From positions 6,386,001 to 6,450,000 of the forward strand of contig NC_047025.1 of NCBI RefSeq assembly GCF_902652985.1: a stretch of DNA of 64,000 bases, in the 5' to 3' direction. Source of the stretch: Pecten maximus (Eukaryota). How positions within the stretch are numbered: position 1 is the stretch's first letter; each line of letters begins with the position of its first letter. Made by a program: the position numbers and the translations under genes. A model generated the notes under the pieces. It searched no databases. It worked only from the letters and a program-made list of their open reading frames with translations, and was not told the DNA's origin. This document shows positions 39,045 to 52,570 of this stretch, one piece after another.

Positions 39045-39300
39045 AATTGTTGACAAATGCGTGTTTGACCATAACAGACATTAGATAAACAAACTTTTGT
39101 CTTCATTCTTTACAACAACCAAAAAGCATTGTTTGTATTGATATTGTTGATTTGTGTGTTATTTAGATATATTTCCATAAAATGTCGTCTATGCAAAAGA
39201 TAACCCAATCCACAAATACCAGGTTTGAAAATAAAAACTTATATTTTTATTACAACAATTGTGTAACATGTTATTACAACTTCTTGTTGACCTGGATTGA
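39045..39300 (+). repeat. Dispersed ~250-bp repeat, copy 1 (copy 2 at ~41135-41405)
   Basis: Colinear similarity ttgttgacaaa(t/c)gc...cattgtttgtattgatattgttga...cacaaataccaggtt. Confidence 0.8.
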
Positions 39301-39554
39301 GGCACATAAGGGGTTCTACTCTGGAGGGTGGGATGTTGGGCACTTGTTTATCATTTTATAATATAATTTTGTATGAAACACGCATTTTCATTGGCTGAAA
39401 TAATTTTGTTATACCTCCATAACAAAATTTTTGACGTTGCGAAATGTAACGTCATTTTTGATTGGCTGATGACGTTGCGTAATGATTTATCACAGAAAAG
39501 AGTTCGCCAAAGAAAGTGATATATCTTGGTGTGTATAAGACGAAATTAAATTAT

Positions 39555-39698
39555 AAGAATTAACAATAATTATTTTTTCTGTTATACAGTCATAACGTAA
39601 AAAACTGGAGTGTACTCTCTTCATAAACCTTTAGACTACACTCCAGTTTTTTCTGTTATGACTGTATAACAGAAAAAATAATTGATGTTAATCCTTAA
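39555..39698. repeat. Long imperfect palindrome at the end of a probable non-autonomous DNA element
   Basis: aattattttttctgttatacagtcataac..aaaaaactggagtgta / tacactccagttttt..gttatgactgtataacagaaaaaataatt. Confidence 0.8.
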
Positions 39699-40552
39699 AT
39701 AATGTTATTATGCAATTCATGTTTACCATACTTCAAATTTACATTTGTTTATTTATTTCACCCTTTGAAATTCCTCATGATATAACCTTCCTTTCGATTC
39801 AAAATTTGAGCTGCATTTTTAAAAACTCAGATGAATTTCCTTCCAATTGAAAAAGGCACTATATTTTATTAAGAAGTTGTTGGATTATATCGAACTTTGA
39901 CTTTATTTATCCTGTAAAAAATCTAGGAATTCAGAGCATGAACTCGTCATAATGGGCCAACTTACTTCCTGGCACTGACATACTTATTTGTTAACATTTT
40001 CACATAAATGCAATAGACATGGATGGCCTTATCACCAAACTTATTGGTCGGTAACCACAGTTTGTCACAAGACCTCACTACTGGTGTTTAAGATTGTTTT
40101 TGTGAGATGGATTCTGTGAATTCAGTTAAAATGGTGCCAAATATTATGTAAATCCTTCCTCAATGATTTGTATGTTTGTGACCATTGTTATATGTGACAA
40201 ATATCTTGACAAAGGGTCTTGTACCATATCAGCCTGTTTTAATGATTTTCGTACTTTTGCAGAAAATGCAATTTACAATAGTTCAAAATTATATATACAA
40301 AATGTATAATTATTTGTGAATTGAATTTGTTTGAGATCTTGTTTTTGGTGTTCAGACTGGGTTTTACTCGGTCTAGCTGAGAAGTATTTGTTAAAATCGC
40401 AGGGACTCGGCTAAAAAGTCTCAACCATTAATGCTCCATTGATATATGGACAACATAGGATAGATAATTATAATATGTAATATTATTATGATATGTATGT
40501 ATGGACCATTGCTTGGGAGTTTGTGCCAAGTATCTGTTGTTGATAGTTCATT

Positions 40553-40690
40553 GTTTGTTACAGTGCATTGTTTCAAAAAATTTGTTAAAATTGACAGATT
40601 TTATTAGGGGGAAATCATTATTTGTTACAGTGCATTGTTTCCAAAAAATTTGTTAAAATTGACAGATTTTATTAGGGGAAATCATTATAA
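40553..40690. repeat. ~67-bp direct tandem duplication
   Basis: Two near-identical copies of tttgttacagtgcattgtttc...gggaaatcatta. Confidence 0.9.
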
Positions 40691-43056
40691 GGAATACACA
40701 GATATAACAATTGCTTATGTCATATGTACATATCACAGGGACTTGACACAAATTCACACTCGAAGTCCATAGATATGTATTATCTTATATTATTACTTGT
40801 ATAAGACTGGTTGGTGTGCCAATTCCCTGTGTATATGATTCAAGAAAATGTGGTTAATGGTCCTCCCCTGGTGCTATCAGACTGACAGGCCTGTTATGTT
40901 CCATCTTTGTGTTAAATTGATGTTGTCAGTCTGTGTCACATTTTTGCCAGATTTTGCATGGAATTTACCTTTTGTTACAACAGAGATTCCCATATAAAAT
41001 CTTGGGTCCCATACTCCACTATATAGAGAGTTATGGCCCTTTGTTAATTGTAAATTTTTGGATCAAGGGAGGGAACTAGGGTTTCCCATGCTGATCAACT
41101 TTTCATTCATTTTTTTCTCTCAGGAAAACTCGATTTGTTGACAAACGCTTGTTTGACAAAATCAGACATAAGATAAACAATCATTCGTCTTCATTTAAAA
41201 AAAAATCCATTGTTTGTATTGATATTGTTGATGTTTGTGTTATTTTGATATATTTCCGTAAACTGTTGGAAGATATTTTACTACAACTATGCAAAAGATG
41301 ACCCAAGTCACAAATACCAGGTTGGAAATTTTAACTTTGTTTATTTTACAACAATTGTGAAACAAGTTATATCAACGTATATTAATCACTCCAGTTCACC
41401 TAGATTGAAGTGTGTGAGGGGTCCGACGTGGGAGGAAACTTGAGTACCCGGGGAAAACTCACATGGTTGGGGAAGTGACCCCCATACCTTTTCATATCAA
41501 ACCTTTGTCGCCTAGGTGAAAGGCAAGTGTGTTTGTTACCACTGTGCCACCTGACCACCCGTATAATAACATTGTGTTCACAACCATTGAATTATTTAAC
41601 TGTCAATGATCTCTTGTTGAAATTCCACGTGTAATGTATCCTTACCTCAATCTAATTAAAATTAGACTTGTTATTTCCATTCCTCTACGATACTCTACGA
41701 TACACTGCAAAGGAACGAAAAGGTATTTTAATCTAAAAATCTTAATTTTATGATATTCAAAATATTATATGTAAAGCCAGACATTTTGTTTTCTTTTAAT
41801 GAATTCATTTTACATACATGTTACAATGTTACATCTATATTTATTTTCTTCAATATTTCAAAGAAATAACAAGTTGTTCCTGTATTAAAGTATTTGCACG
41901 ATAGACGCTAAACTCCTGAGACCAAACTTATCCTTGGAATGTATGGAATGCCTGATATTAATGGTCTGTAATATCTGTGCTGTGTGTTTCATATTCATTA
42001 ATATATACATGTATCATTGTTCCAAGTCATTGTTAACATGTTATACATGAGATTAAAGAAATTACATATGACAGAAATAAAGCTATTTTTCATTATCTTG
42101 TGTATTTTCACGCTATGTTTATAGAAACATTTCAGAATTAGAAAATTTAAAAGCTTAAATAGGAAAGGAATTTCTGTGTTATTGAGGTTTAAATGATTTA
42201 TCTCAATTTAACCTTTTGGGCCCCACCTCTCCGGACTGATCGGAGCCACACAATCCGTTCATACATTATTAGATCTCCTTTGTCAAGTAGAAATGCTCAA
42301 GACAAAATTTCACCAAATCCCACCCAGTTGGAAAGGACTAGTAGCTAGCGATTTAAAGAATTATTTTACAGAAAAGGACGACGCCATCCTTGGCATAAGA
42401 TCTCCAGCCCTGTGGACCAGGTGAGCTAAAAATCGAATTAAGTGTTTATGGAGGCGTTTATATGCAATCACCTACGAGTTGTGACGTCACATCGTCTCAC
42501 TTTCAGTTTGTGCTATAAAAACATATTCAAAAACAGAAAACCGTCATTACTTCATAAAACCTGGCACACACATTGCTCTAGTGGTGCCTTTAATAAGGAA
42601 CGAGTGCCGTGTATTTGTCTTACGTAATTTTCTTGTCACCATGGAAACAAATCGTAAAAAACCTTTAAATCGCACTTCATCCAAACAACCAAATTCAAAC
42701 AAGTATGAGTAGTTCTGTATCTTTTGGGTCCGGAGGATATTCACGACTACGTCTCCTTGTTTCTTATAATGTATATTGGAATGAATAAATCACTTTTATT
42801 GGTGAACTCTTTACTACTGTATCAGCCAATCAAAAGTGCCGTTACAAGAGACGACGTTATTTCTTTCGTTATGGACTGATAACATAAAAATTAAGTCAAA
42901 GAAACTGCTTGCTACAGGCAAGATATTATTTCAATTTGAAGTTAACTGTAATCGCCGGTAAAATAACTATTCACATTAAAGTAAGCTCAAGTCATGTACC
43001 CGTATCACAAAACGCCATCGTCCTTGATTTGCAAAAAGCCCAAAAAAAATTGACAG

Positions 43057-43267
43057 ACTTGTTGGGTATTGGCATAGGTAAGGTTCCGGTTACTTCTATG
43101 ACTTGGGTATTGTCATAGGTAAGTTCCGGTTACTTCTCATGACTTGGGTATTGGCATAGGTAAGTTTCGGTTACTTCTCATGACTTGGGTATTGGCATAG
43201 GTAAGTTTCGGTTACTTCTCATGACTTGGGTATTGGCATAGGTAAGTTCCGGTTACTTCGCATGACT
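43057..43267. repeat. 41-bp tandem repeat, ~5 copies
   Basis: gacttgggtattggcataggtaagtt(t/c)cggttacttctcat. Confidence 0.92.
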
Positions 43268-43869
43268 ACCTTGAATCAGCAGAAGACATTGAATATTATC
43301 TAGAAATAGATCAACAAGCTTCATCATCAATAACTTTCTAATAACGGTCTAAAAAGTGAGTTCTTTGCTCTTAGTGCAATTGTTGAAAGGTCAGATATAA
43401 GTATACATAGTATATCAAAGATGAGTTCCTGCGTATTTTCGTTTTATATTTACGTTATATTATCAACTTCTTTCAATCAACAGGCCGTTCCTCCATGCAT
43501 TCCGACATAAGCATTGCCATGTATAAAGCGGAAGAAAAAAGCCAAAGGGAAAATCGAAGTGACATACACTTCTCATCAAGTTACATGTATGTCCAGAATT
43601 TCGTTAATTGATAGGACGGAAAGAATAACAAGGAATAAAACGGAAAAACCACCAGACATGGCTGTTTGAATCATATATATAAGAACAAGACTTAATCGCG
43701 AGGTGAATCGATTTACGGTTGACAACATATCTGAGTTTGGCGACAAAAATCTTCCTACAGATAGCAGGTATACATATGGGAACAAGTCTGGTTTTAATGC
43801 GAAATTTATTCTATCGAACAATTAATTAAAAACCTTGCAAAGTCTTAATATACCACGAACTGAAGCCGC

Positions 43870-45030
43870 CATCAATTCTTCCATTAGATATACCATGAAC
43901 TAAACCATGAGCTGATGAAGTGTTGCCTTTCTTCAATTCTCCCTTTGGATACTTAGTATACCATGTACTGTTGAAATGTAGCTGTCCTGTAATTCTCCCT
44001 TTGGATATACCATGTGCTGTTGAAGTGTAGCCGTCCTTCAATTCTCCCTTTGGATATACCATGTACTGTTGAAGTGTAGCTGTCCTTCATCTTTCCCTTT
44101 GGATATACCATGTACTGTTGAAGTGTAGCCGTCCTTCAATTCTCCCTTTGGATATACCATGTACTGTTGAAGTGTAGCCGTCCTTCAATTCTCCCTTTGG
44201 ATATACCATGTACTGTTGAAGTGTAGCTGTCCTTTATCTTTCCCTTTGGATATACCATGTACTGTTGAAGTGTAGCTGTCCTTCAATTCTCCCTTTGGAT
44301 ATACCATGTACTGTTGAAGTGTAGCCGTCCTTCAATTCTCCCTTTGGATATACCATGTACTGTTGAAGTGTAGCCGTCCTTCAATTCTCCCTTTGGATAT
44401 ACCATGTACTGTTGAAGTGTAGCCGTCCTTCAATTCACCCTTTGGATATACCATGTACTGTTGAAGTGTAGCCGTCCTTCAATTCTCCCTTTGGATATAC
44501 CATGTACTGTTGAAGTGTTGCCGTCCTTCAATTCTCCCTTTGGATATACCATGTACTGTTGAAGTGTAGCCGTCCTTCAATTCTCCCTTTGGATATACCA
44601 AGTACTGTTGAAGTGTTGCCGTCCTTCATCTTTCCCTTTGGATATACCATGTAATGATGAAGTGTTGCCGTCCTTCAATTCTCCCTTTGGATATACCATG
44701 TAATGATGAAGTGTTGCCGTCCTTCAATTCTCCCTTTGGATATACCATGCAATGATGAAGTGTAGCCGTCCTTCAATTCTCCCTTTGGATATGCCATGTA
44801 CTAGATGAAGTGTTGCCGTCCTTCAATTCTCCCTTTGGATATGCCATGTACTAGATGAAGTGTTGCCGTCCTTCAATTCTCCCTTTGGATATACCATGTA
44901 CTAGATGAAGTGCTGCCCTTCTTCATCTTTCACTTTGACTATACCAGGAACTGATGAAGTGATTCTGTCCTTTAATTTTCCCTTCGGATATAGCATGTAT
45001 TGATGTCTTTCAATTTTCCTTTTTGGATAA
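43870..45030. repeat. 49-bp minisatellite, ~22 copies
   Basis: ggatataccatgtactgttgaagtgtagccgtccttcaattctcccttt; period 49 measured between 44101 and 44150. Confidence 0.95.
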
Positions 45031-46573
45031 ACATATAAGCTGGACGACTTCATTGTTTCTTGTACATTTTCCATTTCTATGAAGCAAACTTCTTGCTTTC
45101 TCAACAAATTTGATATTCATTGGCCGGTTTCCAATATCAATGTTTACGTTATAAATGTCGAATGCTGATAAAAACATAAAAGGACAAAGCTTCAAAAGTT
45201 GCGAGTGTCAAATACGGACTCCCAAAAGATAACATAATTTGTCAAGAGTTGCAGATTGATAATGGCCATATGAAACGTCTACGTATGTCTAGATTGTCGA
45301 TATCCTGAGCTTATTCAGACACTTATATATATATATAGCTTAGAAACACAAATGACGAAGGAAGACAACTTTTTGACTCGTGCCCTGACCGGGTCTCGAA
45401 CTCACGATCTACGGCACCCAATCGCCTAGCCAGAAATATCCGCAGCCTATACCGCTATATATATATATATTCTATAATATTTTCTATTCTCTTTCCGTGT
45501 ACGAAACCCGGGCATAACGTTAGATGTGTTAGACGGCCTGGTTTCATCGGGATTTCACGATTTTGTTTGATCGTCGGCGTTCATATTTTGTTTTTTGTTT
45601 ATTTTGTTTTGTTTGTTTGTTTGTTGTTTTTTTTTTGTTTTTTTTTTACAAATATAATTTTTTTTTTAATTTTTAAAATGAATATCATACAACCAGTAAT
45701 TGGTTGGGTGTTTACAAAAAAATATTGCCATATCACAATTCTATTACAGTGTTTTAATAACTAAAACAACACAACTATTCGTTTCCACTCGCTCTTTATT
45801 ATCTGATTCTAGATCTGACAATATTTCAAAACTATCAAAATGAAGTTTTATTTTTACTGATTGTCAAACAAGCTTGCGTAAGAAAAAAAAACCCGTCCGA
45901 TAATTGGAGAAAGACATTCAAAAGCTTTTTCAAGTTCAACCTCAACAACAGCAGCTTATCAAAATTAAAAAGCGTTTGCCAGTCACACATTTATGCTACG
46001 TATTGAAAATAAAATTCAACCACAACATTTCAGTCAATTCCGGAAAAGACAGATCTAGTTATTGACTGAGATTTTGCGATTGAAAAAAGTGGCAATCGTT
46101 TGTATCAAAAGCACCCGTTTGGACAATTAACATAAACAAATCATATCTTTATATTTACATTTGTCTGGCATAGTCACTATATAGTCTGTTTGAGAGCTCT
46201 GGCATTGATGGACGTTTAAATTCGATCCACCATGCGCTACACTTAGCATATTAATACAACACAAACCGGAACTACAATATCCAATAAGTATTGCTTATAA
46301 TTAAGTTTAACGACTAACTATTTTGTATACATTATTTGTTATAAAAAATATGTCATTTGCGCATTACGTTGATAATAAAATGATTAACAAAATTGAGGAT
46401 TTTTTTAAATTTTCTATGTACTATTTTGTTTGCCAAAAAGCATGCGACCATGTTCCGGCTGTTCCAACGACTGACAAAAATCTGCTGACTGTCGGTAAGG
46501 CGGGAATTATGAATTTTAAATATGAATTATAGCATTCAAAAAATGAAAAATAAAGTAAAAGGAATGTAAAATT

Positions 46574-46714
46574 AAGCGTTGAACTGTTTTGTATAGTATT
46601 TATAATCTATTTGAATGCCAGAGCATTGCAAGCAAACAAAATAAGATTTGCTTCCTCGCAAAGCTCTGACATTCAAATAGATCATAAATACCATACAAAA
46701 CAGTTCAAAGCTTT
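46574..46714. repeat. Long imperfect palindrome
   Basis: ttgaactgttttgtat.gtatttat.atctatttgaatg.cagagc / gctctg.cattcaaatagat.ataaatac.atacaaaacagttcaa. Confidence 0.8.
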
Positions 46715-49057
46715 AATAATACACACATCTGTCGCGCCTTGTAAATTAAGTTTGACGTGATGTTATTGCAATTCGGCTGACTCCGTAATTACATCAAACT
46801 AACTTGTCTCATCTCGGCATATTCCAAACTGATGGATTGATACAGGGTACCGGGATTAGCCGTGGCTAGCCGATCGCCTTATATTGGTCAGACCGCCATA
46901 TTGGGGTAAAAGATGTCATCGAATGAGCTATATTAACATTTCTGATATCTTGAAATATTAATTTGTTGAAATACAAAGAAATATATATTTCTACAAAAGT
47001 GTATGATGTAAAGCATATATCACATTGAGCTTTACATAATTATAGCTATATGAAAATTGCGTACGATTATATTTGACAAATAAAAAATAAATAAATAAAT
47101 AAATTATTATTAGAGAGATCGAAACACGGTACCTTCACCTTGCTAATCCAACACCAATGTTGCAATGAGAATCATAATGTAAAGAATCAAAATAAAAGAT
47201 TAAATCATTGACAAGGAAACGAACTCCAAGAAAGAAAAAGATTTATGGTTCTTTGGATGAAATATATTTTTGAAAATACTCCAATCGTAATTATCTTTAT
47301 AGGTGGAACTGCCAATTTGTAACTTATGAAGTGGAACTCGTGGTCATCAATGGGATGTATACCTTTCAACTAAACTTAATCGTCAAGAAGACGGCCATGC
47401 AGAAAATATATAACGTGTACACGTACTTAACAACCGTACTTTAACATATGAATTTGTACAGCTGTTTTAATACTCACAGGTTTTCATCAAATGATGAATG
47501 ATGGAAAGAATGGAAAGGTGTATAGATTAATGTATATTTTGGCGATTTGTAAAACATTCTTGGTACCCTAGGGTCCGGGTTCATGGATCGCTCTCTGCAC
47601 CACAGGACTATGTATATCAAAGTCGAAAGCCACTATCTATTTCATTTGTGTTAGAATCACAAACATGACCGATCACTACGCGGATGTATTCCTTTAACAC
47701 ATACAGAGGACAGAAAATCACTCTCAAGGCCAAATACATTTAAATTTCATACCTTATTCAATTACGTTACTCAAAATGAACTTATTTCATTGACTAAATT
47801 GATTATTGATACAAATGAGATAATAAATTCACAATACTAATGTCCGTCCTATTTTACCATGTGTCATTGTTATCCATTACTTAGTGATCATATTCTCTGC
47901 ACTATCCTGTTTATGAGAATAAACAATTATCATTTTCATTGTCAGTCAATACCACAGTACAGCAATTGTATATTATTTGATTCACACATAAACGTATCAA
48001 ACTGTTTTTTTTTAATTAATCCACAAGTTGGCGGTGTCTGAACCTTCGAATTTACCATAACCTACCCAAGAGGTGCAGAGAGCGAAGGTGCACGAAGTAA
48101 CGAAGACGTTGAAACAGTTCGCTCAGAAAATGTCTGGGAAGAGACCTCTGATTAAAGATTGGGATATAGAAACAGATACACACCAGGAGGAAATATATAT
48201 ACAGTTATTGCTTGATTTGTAATATTGAAGGCGGTTTCGCGTAAGCTATATATTGCAGTTCAGTTCATTTCTGGCTCTAACGTATTGAACACTTAATTTG
48301 TGTTGAAAGGTGCTTGTTTCTTGTGTCTTTTGTGCAATGAGTTAATGACATGCATTTTGTTAGGAGATACAACGTCCTTTTTTAGATGAATAATGAATCC
48401 ACAAGGAATTTTGCACATGTGGAGGAAGAGTTATGAATAGAAATAATATGGCATTTGTTTCTGCATGTTCATTTTAGATAAGCACATGCTTAAATTAAAT
48501 ATGCAACCACTCAAGCGATAAGACATAAAAATATTAAAGACAAAAGTTTTAAAATAAAATAAAAAAAATAATATGGAATTCTTCTTAACTTAGCAAGCAT
48601 ACTATATATTAAATTTCAAAACATATGGAATCATGCCATCAATTCACATATACAACAAACATTCAATACACTAGGGTTCACATTTTTTTTCAAGATCATA
48701 AACACTTTCTTCTGTCTTATGACTCACTCTCCAAGATTCAGCACATTTTTCAGACTGATACATCTTATGTTTATAATGTTAGCAAAATAAATTCCATCAT
48801 GACAACTGCAAATCAATGAAAAACATGAAGTGGTGTGTTCGGGTCATTGAGGGAACGGATGATATGTGACGTCACTACCGAATACAGATGATCTGGAGAA
48901 AATCGATATCATTTGAGAATGTATTCCTGCAGATATTCGTGGTAAATGTTGACGTCAATGGTTTGTGACGTCACCACCGGGTATATATTGTCTGGAACAA
49001 CTGACACCATTTGAGAATGTTATCCTTCCAGAGATTCAAGGCAAAAGTTGACGTTTG

Positions 49058-49210
49058 TTAACTCTTTTTAGTCGACAGATATATAATTCCAAGCAGTCCA
49101 CCGAACCAAAGAAGACCGCCAATTATCACAGTGATTTGTATGAGCAGGCGCGTTCTGTCGGACGCCGCCATTGCTCCAACATGGTCGCCTATCGCCACGG
49201 ACCTCGTCAC
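49058..49210 (-). CDS. CD225/dispanin (IFITM/PRRT-like) protein, exon 3
   Basis: cag|VTRSVAIGDHVGAMAASDRTRLLIQITVIIGGLLWFGGLLGIIYLSTKKS*; GDxxGA loop motif plus C-terminal TM helix. Not in the supplied ORF frame. Confidence 0.88.
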   Translation of the reverse strand: MTRSVAIGDHVGAMAASDRTRLLIQITVIIGGLLWFGGLLGIIYLSTKKS

Positions 49211-49722
49211 CTGGGGGCACAATGTTGATAACGGTTACCAAATGAACACTGCATTTTAAATTCAATAGTCATGCTATCATTAATATTTATACCATTACTA
49301 ACAATTCGAATTTATTTTACTTGCGGCTAAAATGAATTCTAATTGTGTTTACAAATAGTAGTATGCGATAGTAACATATCATTATAGTGGATTGTTAAAC
49401 TGTAATAAACTTGCAATTTTTCAGTTTACAACCCTAAAAAATGTCACCCATTTGTGGAATATTTTTGCAACAACTTTAATGAGATAATTTCTGTGTGACA
49501 GATATTTCATATTTGTATAATAATATACTCTTCTGATGTAATCAGTGTAAACATGTTGACATTTCTGGAGAATTATTGGACACAATAGATATTAATTTTC
49601 AATTAGCAGCAGGAAGATAAACAAACCATTTCACAACCAGAAATGATATTTCTACTGGCATGGTTATTGCTGTTTAGAAATATCATTTTAAATGATAATG
49701 ATAATGAGGATAAAAAATGTAC

Positions 49723-49851
49723 CCTTCGAGAAGATATTATGCCCAATATACCAGTCGGAAAGAAGCACAAGATGGTGGCTAGTATTGCGCCGATCCGGTA
49801 GTGTCTTGGCGGTTGTCGAAGGTAGGCCACATTAGGTGCTAAGGCGGGGGT
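49723..49851 (-). CDS. CD225/dispanin protein, exon 2
   Basis: TPALAPNVAYLRQPPRHYRIGAILATILCFFPTGILGIISSRR|GT; PPxxY...C(F)xPxG CD225 signature; phase 0 to 0. Confidence 0.9.
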
Positions 49852-49998
49852 CTGTGAAAAAAAAAACGTAGTATAAGATAAACAAAAATTAAGAACGTAA
49901 TCTTATGACCTTCACGTAATAACAGAAATATTTGGTTAATTTAAACAATATTTTATCAAAATACACTTACACATATATACTCGGAAATATGTCCCTAC

Positions 49999-50031
49999 CT
50001 TAGCATCTATCGCTATATATCTGTCTAACAT
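49999..50031 (-). CDS. CD225/dispanin protein, coding exon 1
   Basis: ATG MLDRYIAIDAK|GTAGG, phase 0, with an in-frame TGA four codons upstream. Confidence 0.6.
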
Positions 50032-50644
50032 GTTCTCAAATCACGTCCGGATGTGACAACTCCGAGAATTATCGCTTTACCATGAGAAGTATTTCTCCAG
50101 ACAAATCCAGATATGGTAAACTCCGAGAATGAGAGCTTTACCATGAGAAGTAATTCTCCGGACAACAAGCGGCAGAAAAAAACAAATATGGTAAACACAG
50201 AGAATTTCTCCAGACAACAAGCGGGCAAAAATCATCCAGATATGGTAAACTCCGAGAATGATAGCTTTAGTATATATCCGGCAACAAGCATTAACCGTCA
50301 GTTGTACTGAACACATTTAAAGAACTGATATTTCAAATACGATATCGCACTTATGACGTAGTAAAAGGAACGAGAGATAAAATCTAGATAGTTAATTGGA
50401 TTTATAATACAGTATTGTATAGATAAAGCTTGGAGCAAATTAGCGTGTCTTTATTTCTAGAGTAAAACCAGGTCATGCGTGGAGCCATGCGATGCGTTAC
50501 TTAGTGTACTGTTGCCGGTTTTTTTTTGTAGTTTTAGCGATGTAACGACATGATATATATTAATCAATTTTCTAAACATTTTCTTGAGGTTGGAAAGTAT
50601 GATTGTATGTGAGGATTTTCGTAACACAACCAATTGCTGTTTAT

Positions 50645-50700
50645 ACGTGACGTTTCGATGACTACTACGGTATGTACATTGCCACATTCATCAGACAAAA
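50645..50700 (-). ncRNA. Minimal type I hammerhead ribozyme-like motif (Penelope-type), probably degenerate
   Basis: Minus strand ttttgt-CTGATGA-atg...cat-C-GAA-ACGT-C-acgt: canonical core with palindromic ACGT stem III and GUC triplet; stems I and II are weak. Confidence 0.5.
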
Positions 50701-51474
50701 CGGGGAAGAAATACCTTGAAATATCACCGAATTGTTTCCTGTTAATGACATTGTAAATAACCTTAGTTTAAACAGATTTTATTACCATAAATAGCAAAAG
50801 GATTGGGCACAAGTTTCACAAACATTATCAATGCCCTCTCTATGTAAATAACCTGACTGGCATCATATCTTTATTTATTCTTTCCTCTCCTCGCCAACAG
50901 ATTTCTTTCTTAGACGTTTCCATAAGTATTATGACTATTCTCTTTATTTTCTCCAAATAATGCAGATTTCATAAACAAGATATTCAAAGTACAAACATTC
51001 AGACGAGGGTCATATAAATGTAAATATATATGGAATTGGATTATTATTGATAATTAAGTGGTTCATAAATTTTAAACATTTCATACAAAAATCTTAAATT
51101 TATGAGTCTGAAATATTCAATATCTTCGTTTGACAATTCATAATTAAAGGTACTTAGTTTAAACAAACATTATTTATTCATTACTCAAAATAGTCAATAC
51201 ATGTACAAATATTTTCATGAGATGGGAAAACAGGCTTAGGGCTCATATTAATTCCTTTCTTCCCAACAAAGTATTAGCTAACCAAAGTCTAGTGAATCCC
51301 GTAGATACATAAAGAAATGTATACTCATATTTCTGATTAAATGGCACCACAGTCGTCTCAACATCTGCAGTTTGAATGCTGGTTGAGAAGCAAAGCATCC
51401 TATATTAATGTTGTGATTCTAGGTTAAACAATATACTGGTAACCCTAGGCCTACTCAGACATGTATATCGCCTA

Positions 51475-52067
51475 TTCTACCATGTTTGCTATGTAACGCC
51501 AGTTTTGATTGGTTAAAAACCATGTATTATTTTCCAATAACCCACGCTCGTGCCAATAATACACGCTCGTGAGTCACGGCTGTTACAATTTTAAATATCT
51601 AATATTCACCCGTTTCATAAAAGGCTACTATAGCCGAGTGGGCTAATGGGTTAGTCTTTCAATATATTTTTATCACGACGCGAGTTCGAATTTTTTTATC
51701 CTTTTATTTAATTTTCAAAATCAATGCCATATGATAGATGCTCTTGATCGTAGTACTGTATTGCCTATATATTTCATCAACAAATAATGCAATACTCAAG
51801 AAATAAATTACAAGGTTTTCCCGGGTTTCTTTGCTGTTTTTCTATTAGAAAGAGGTCGATCTCAGAACTAAACAGTACATGGTTGAATAGAAATATTCAA
51901 CTTTGACTCGTGTATTGTTGCAGGATATACAACTCGGACTCGGATATTTTGCAATTTTAATTAATAACTCAGGCCTGCGGCCTTCGTTATTAATTTAATT
52001 GCAAAATATCCTCGTCCTCGTTGTATATCCTGCAATAATACACGAATCATCGTTAATTATTTCTTAA
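51475..52067. mobile_element. Non-autonomous element ending in a long palindrome (51900-52050) with an internal tRNA-like A/B-box segment
   Basis: Arms tcgtgtattgttgcaggatatacaac...ggatattttgcaatt / aattgcaaaatatcc...gttgtatatcctgcaataatacacga around aggcctgcggcct; tagccgagtgg...gagttcgaat at ~51630-51690. Confidence 0.6.
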
Positions 52068-52570
52068 CTCACATCCGGAAGAATTATGTGTTACAGTATC
52101 ACTGTATAATTATAATTTAACACAATGGTGACATAATTTCGTGTTGTTCAACAATTGAGTACGTACACATACTATAAGAACACAATGAATATATCTATAT
52201 TAATGGCATTGCTATTATGTAACAATCTGGCGTTTAAGGTAATATGAATATATAGAGCCAGGCCACTTTGTAGTATATGAATTCCTGATTTCATCAGCGT
52301 TGTAATGTTAGACCTGGAATTAAAACGTTTCCACAAACATAAATAGATAGGCAGAAGTGTATTAAAACATTTCAGGAGATGTCTAAAATCAACATTTTTC
52401 AGGATAGGTATTGAACCGAACCAAAATTAACTACATTCATTGTGACATTTGGCCAAGACCATCTAGGATTATTCCCGGAATTTCTAACTAATTCACATCG
52501 TTGAAACTCGGAAAGAAGATTAAAGTGTGAAAATGTTAGCGACGGACAAAGTATTTGATATGCTTATACC

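Noticed and set aside
43057-45030. 41-bp and 49-bp repeats as CRISPR or coding repeats
   Set aside because: Head-to-tail units without spacers; periods are not multiples of 3.
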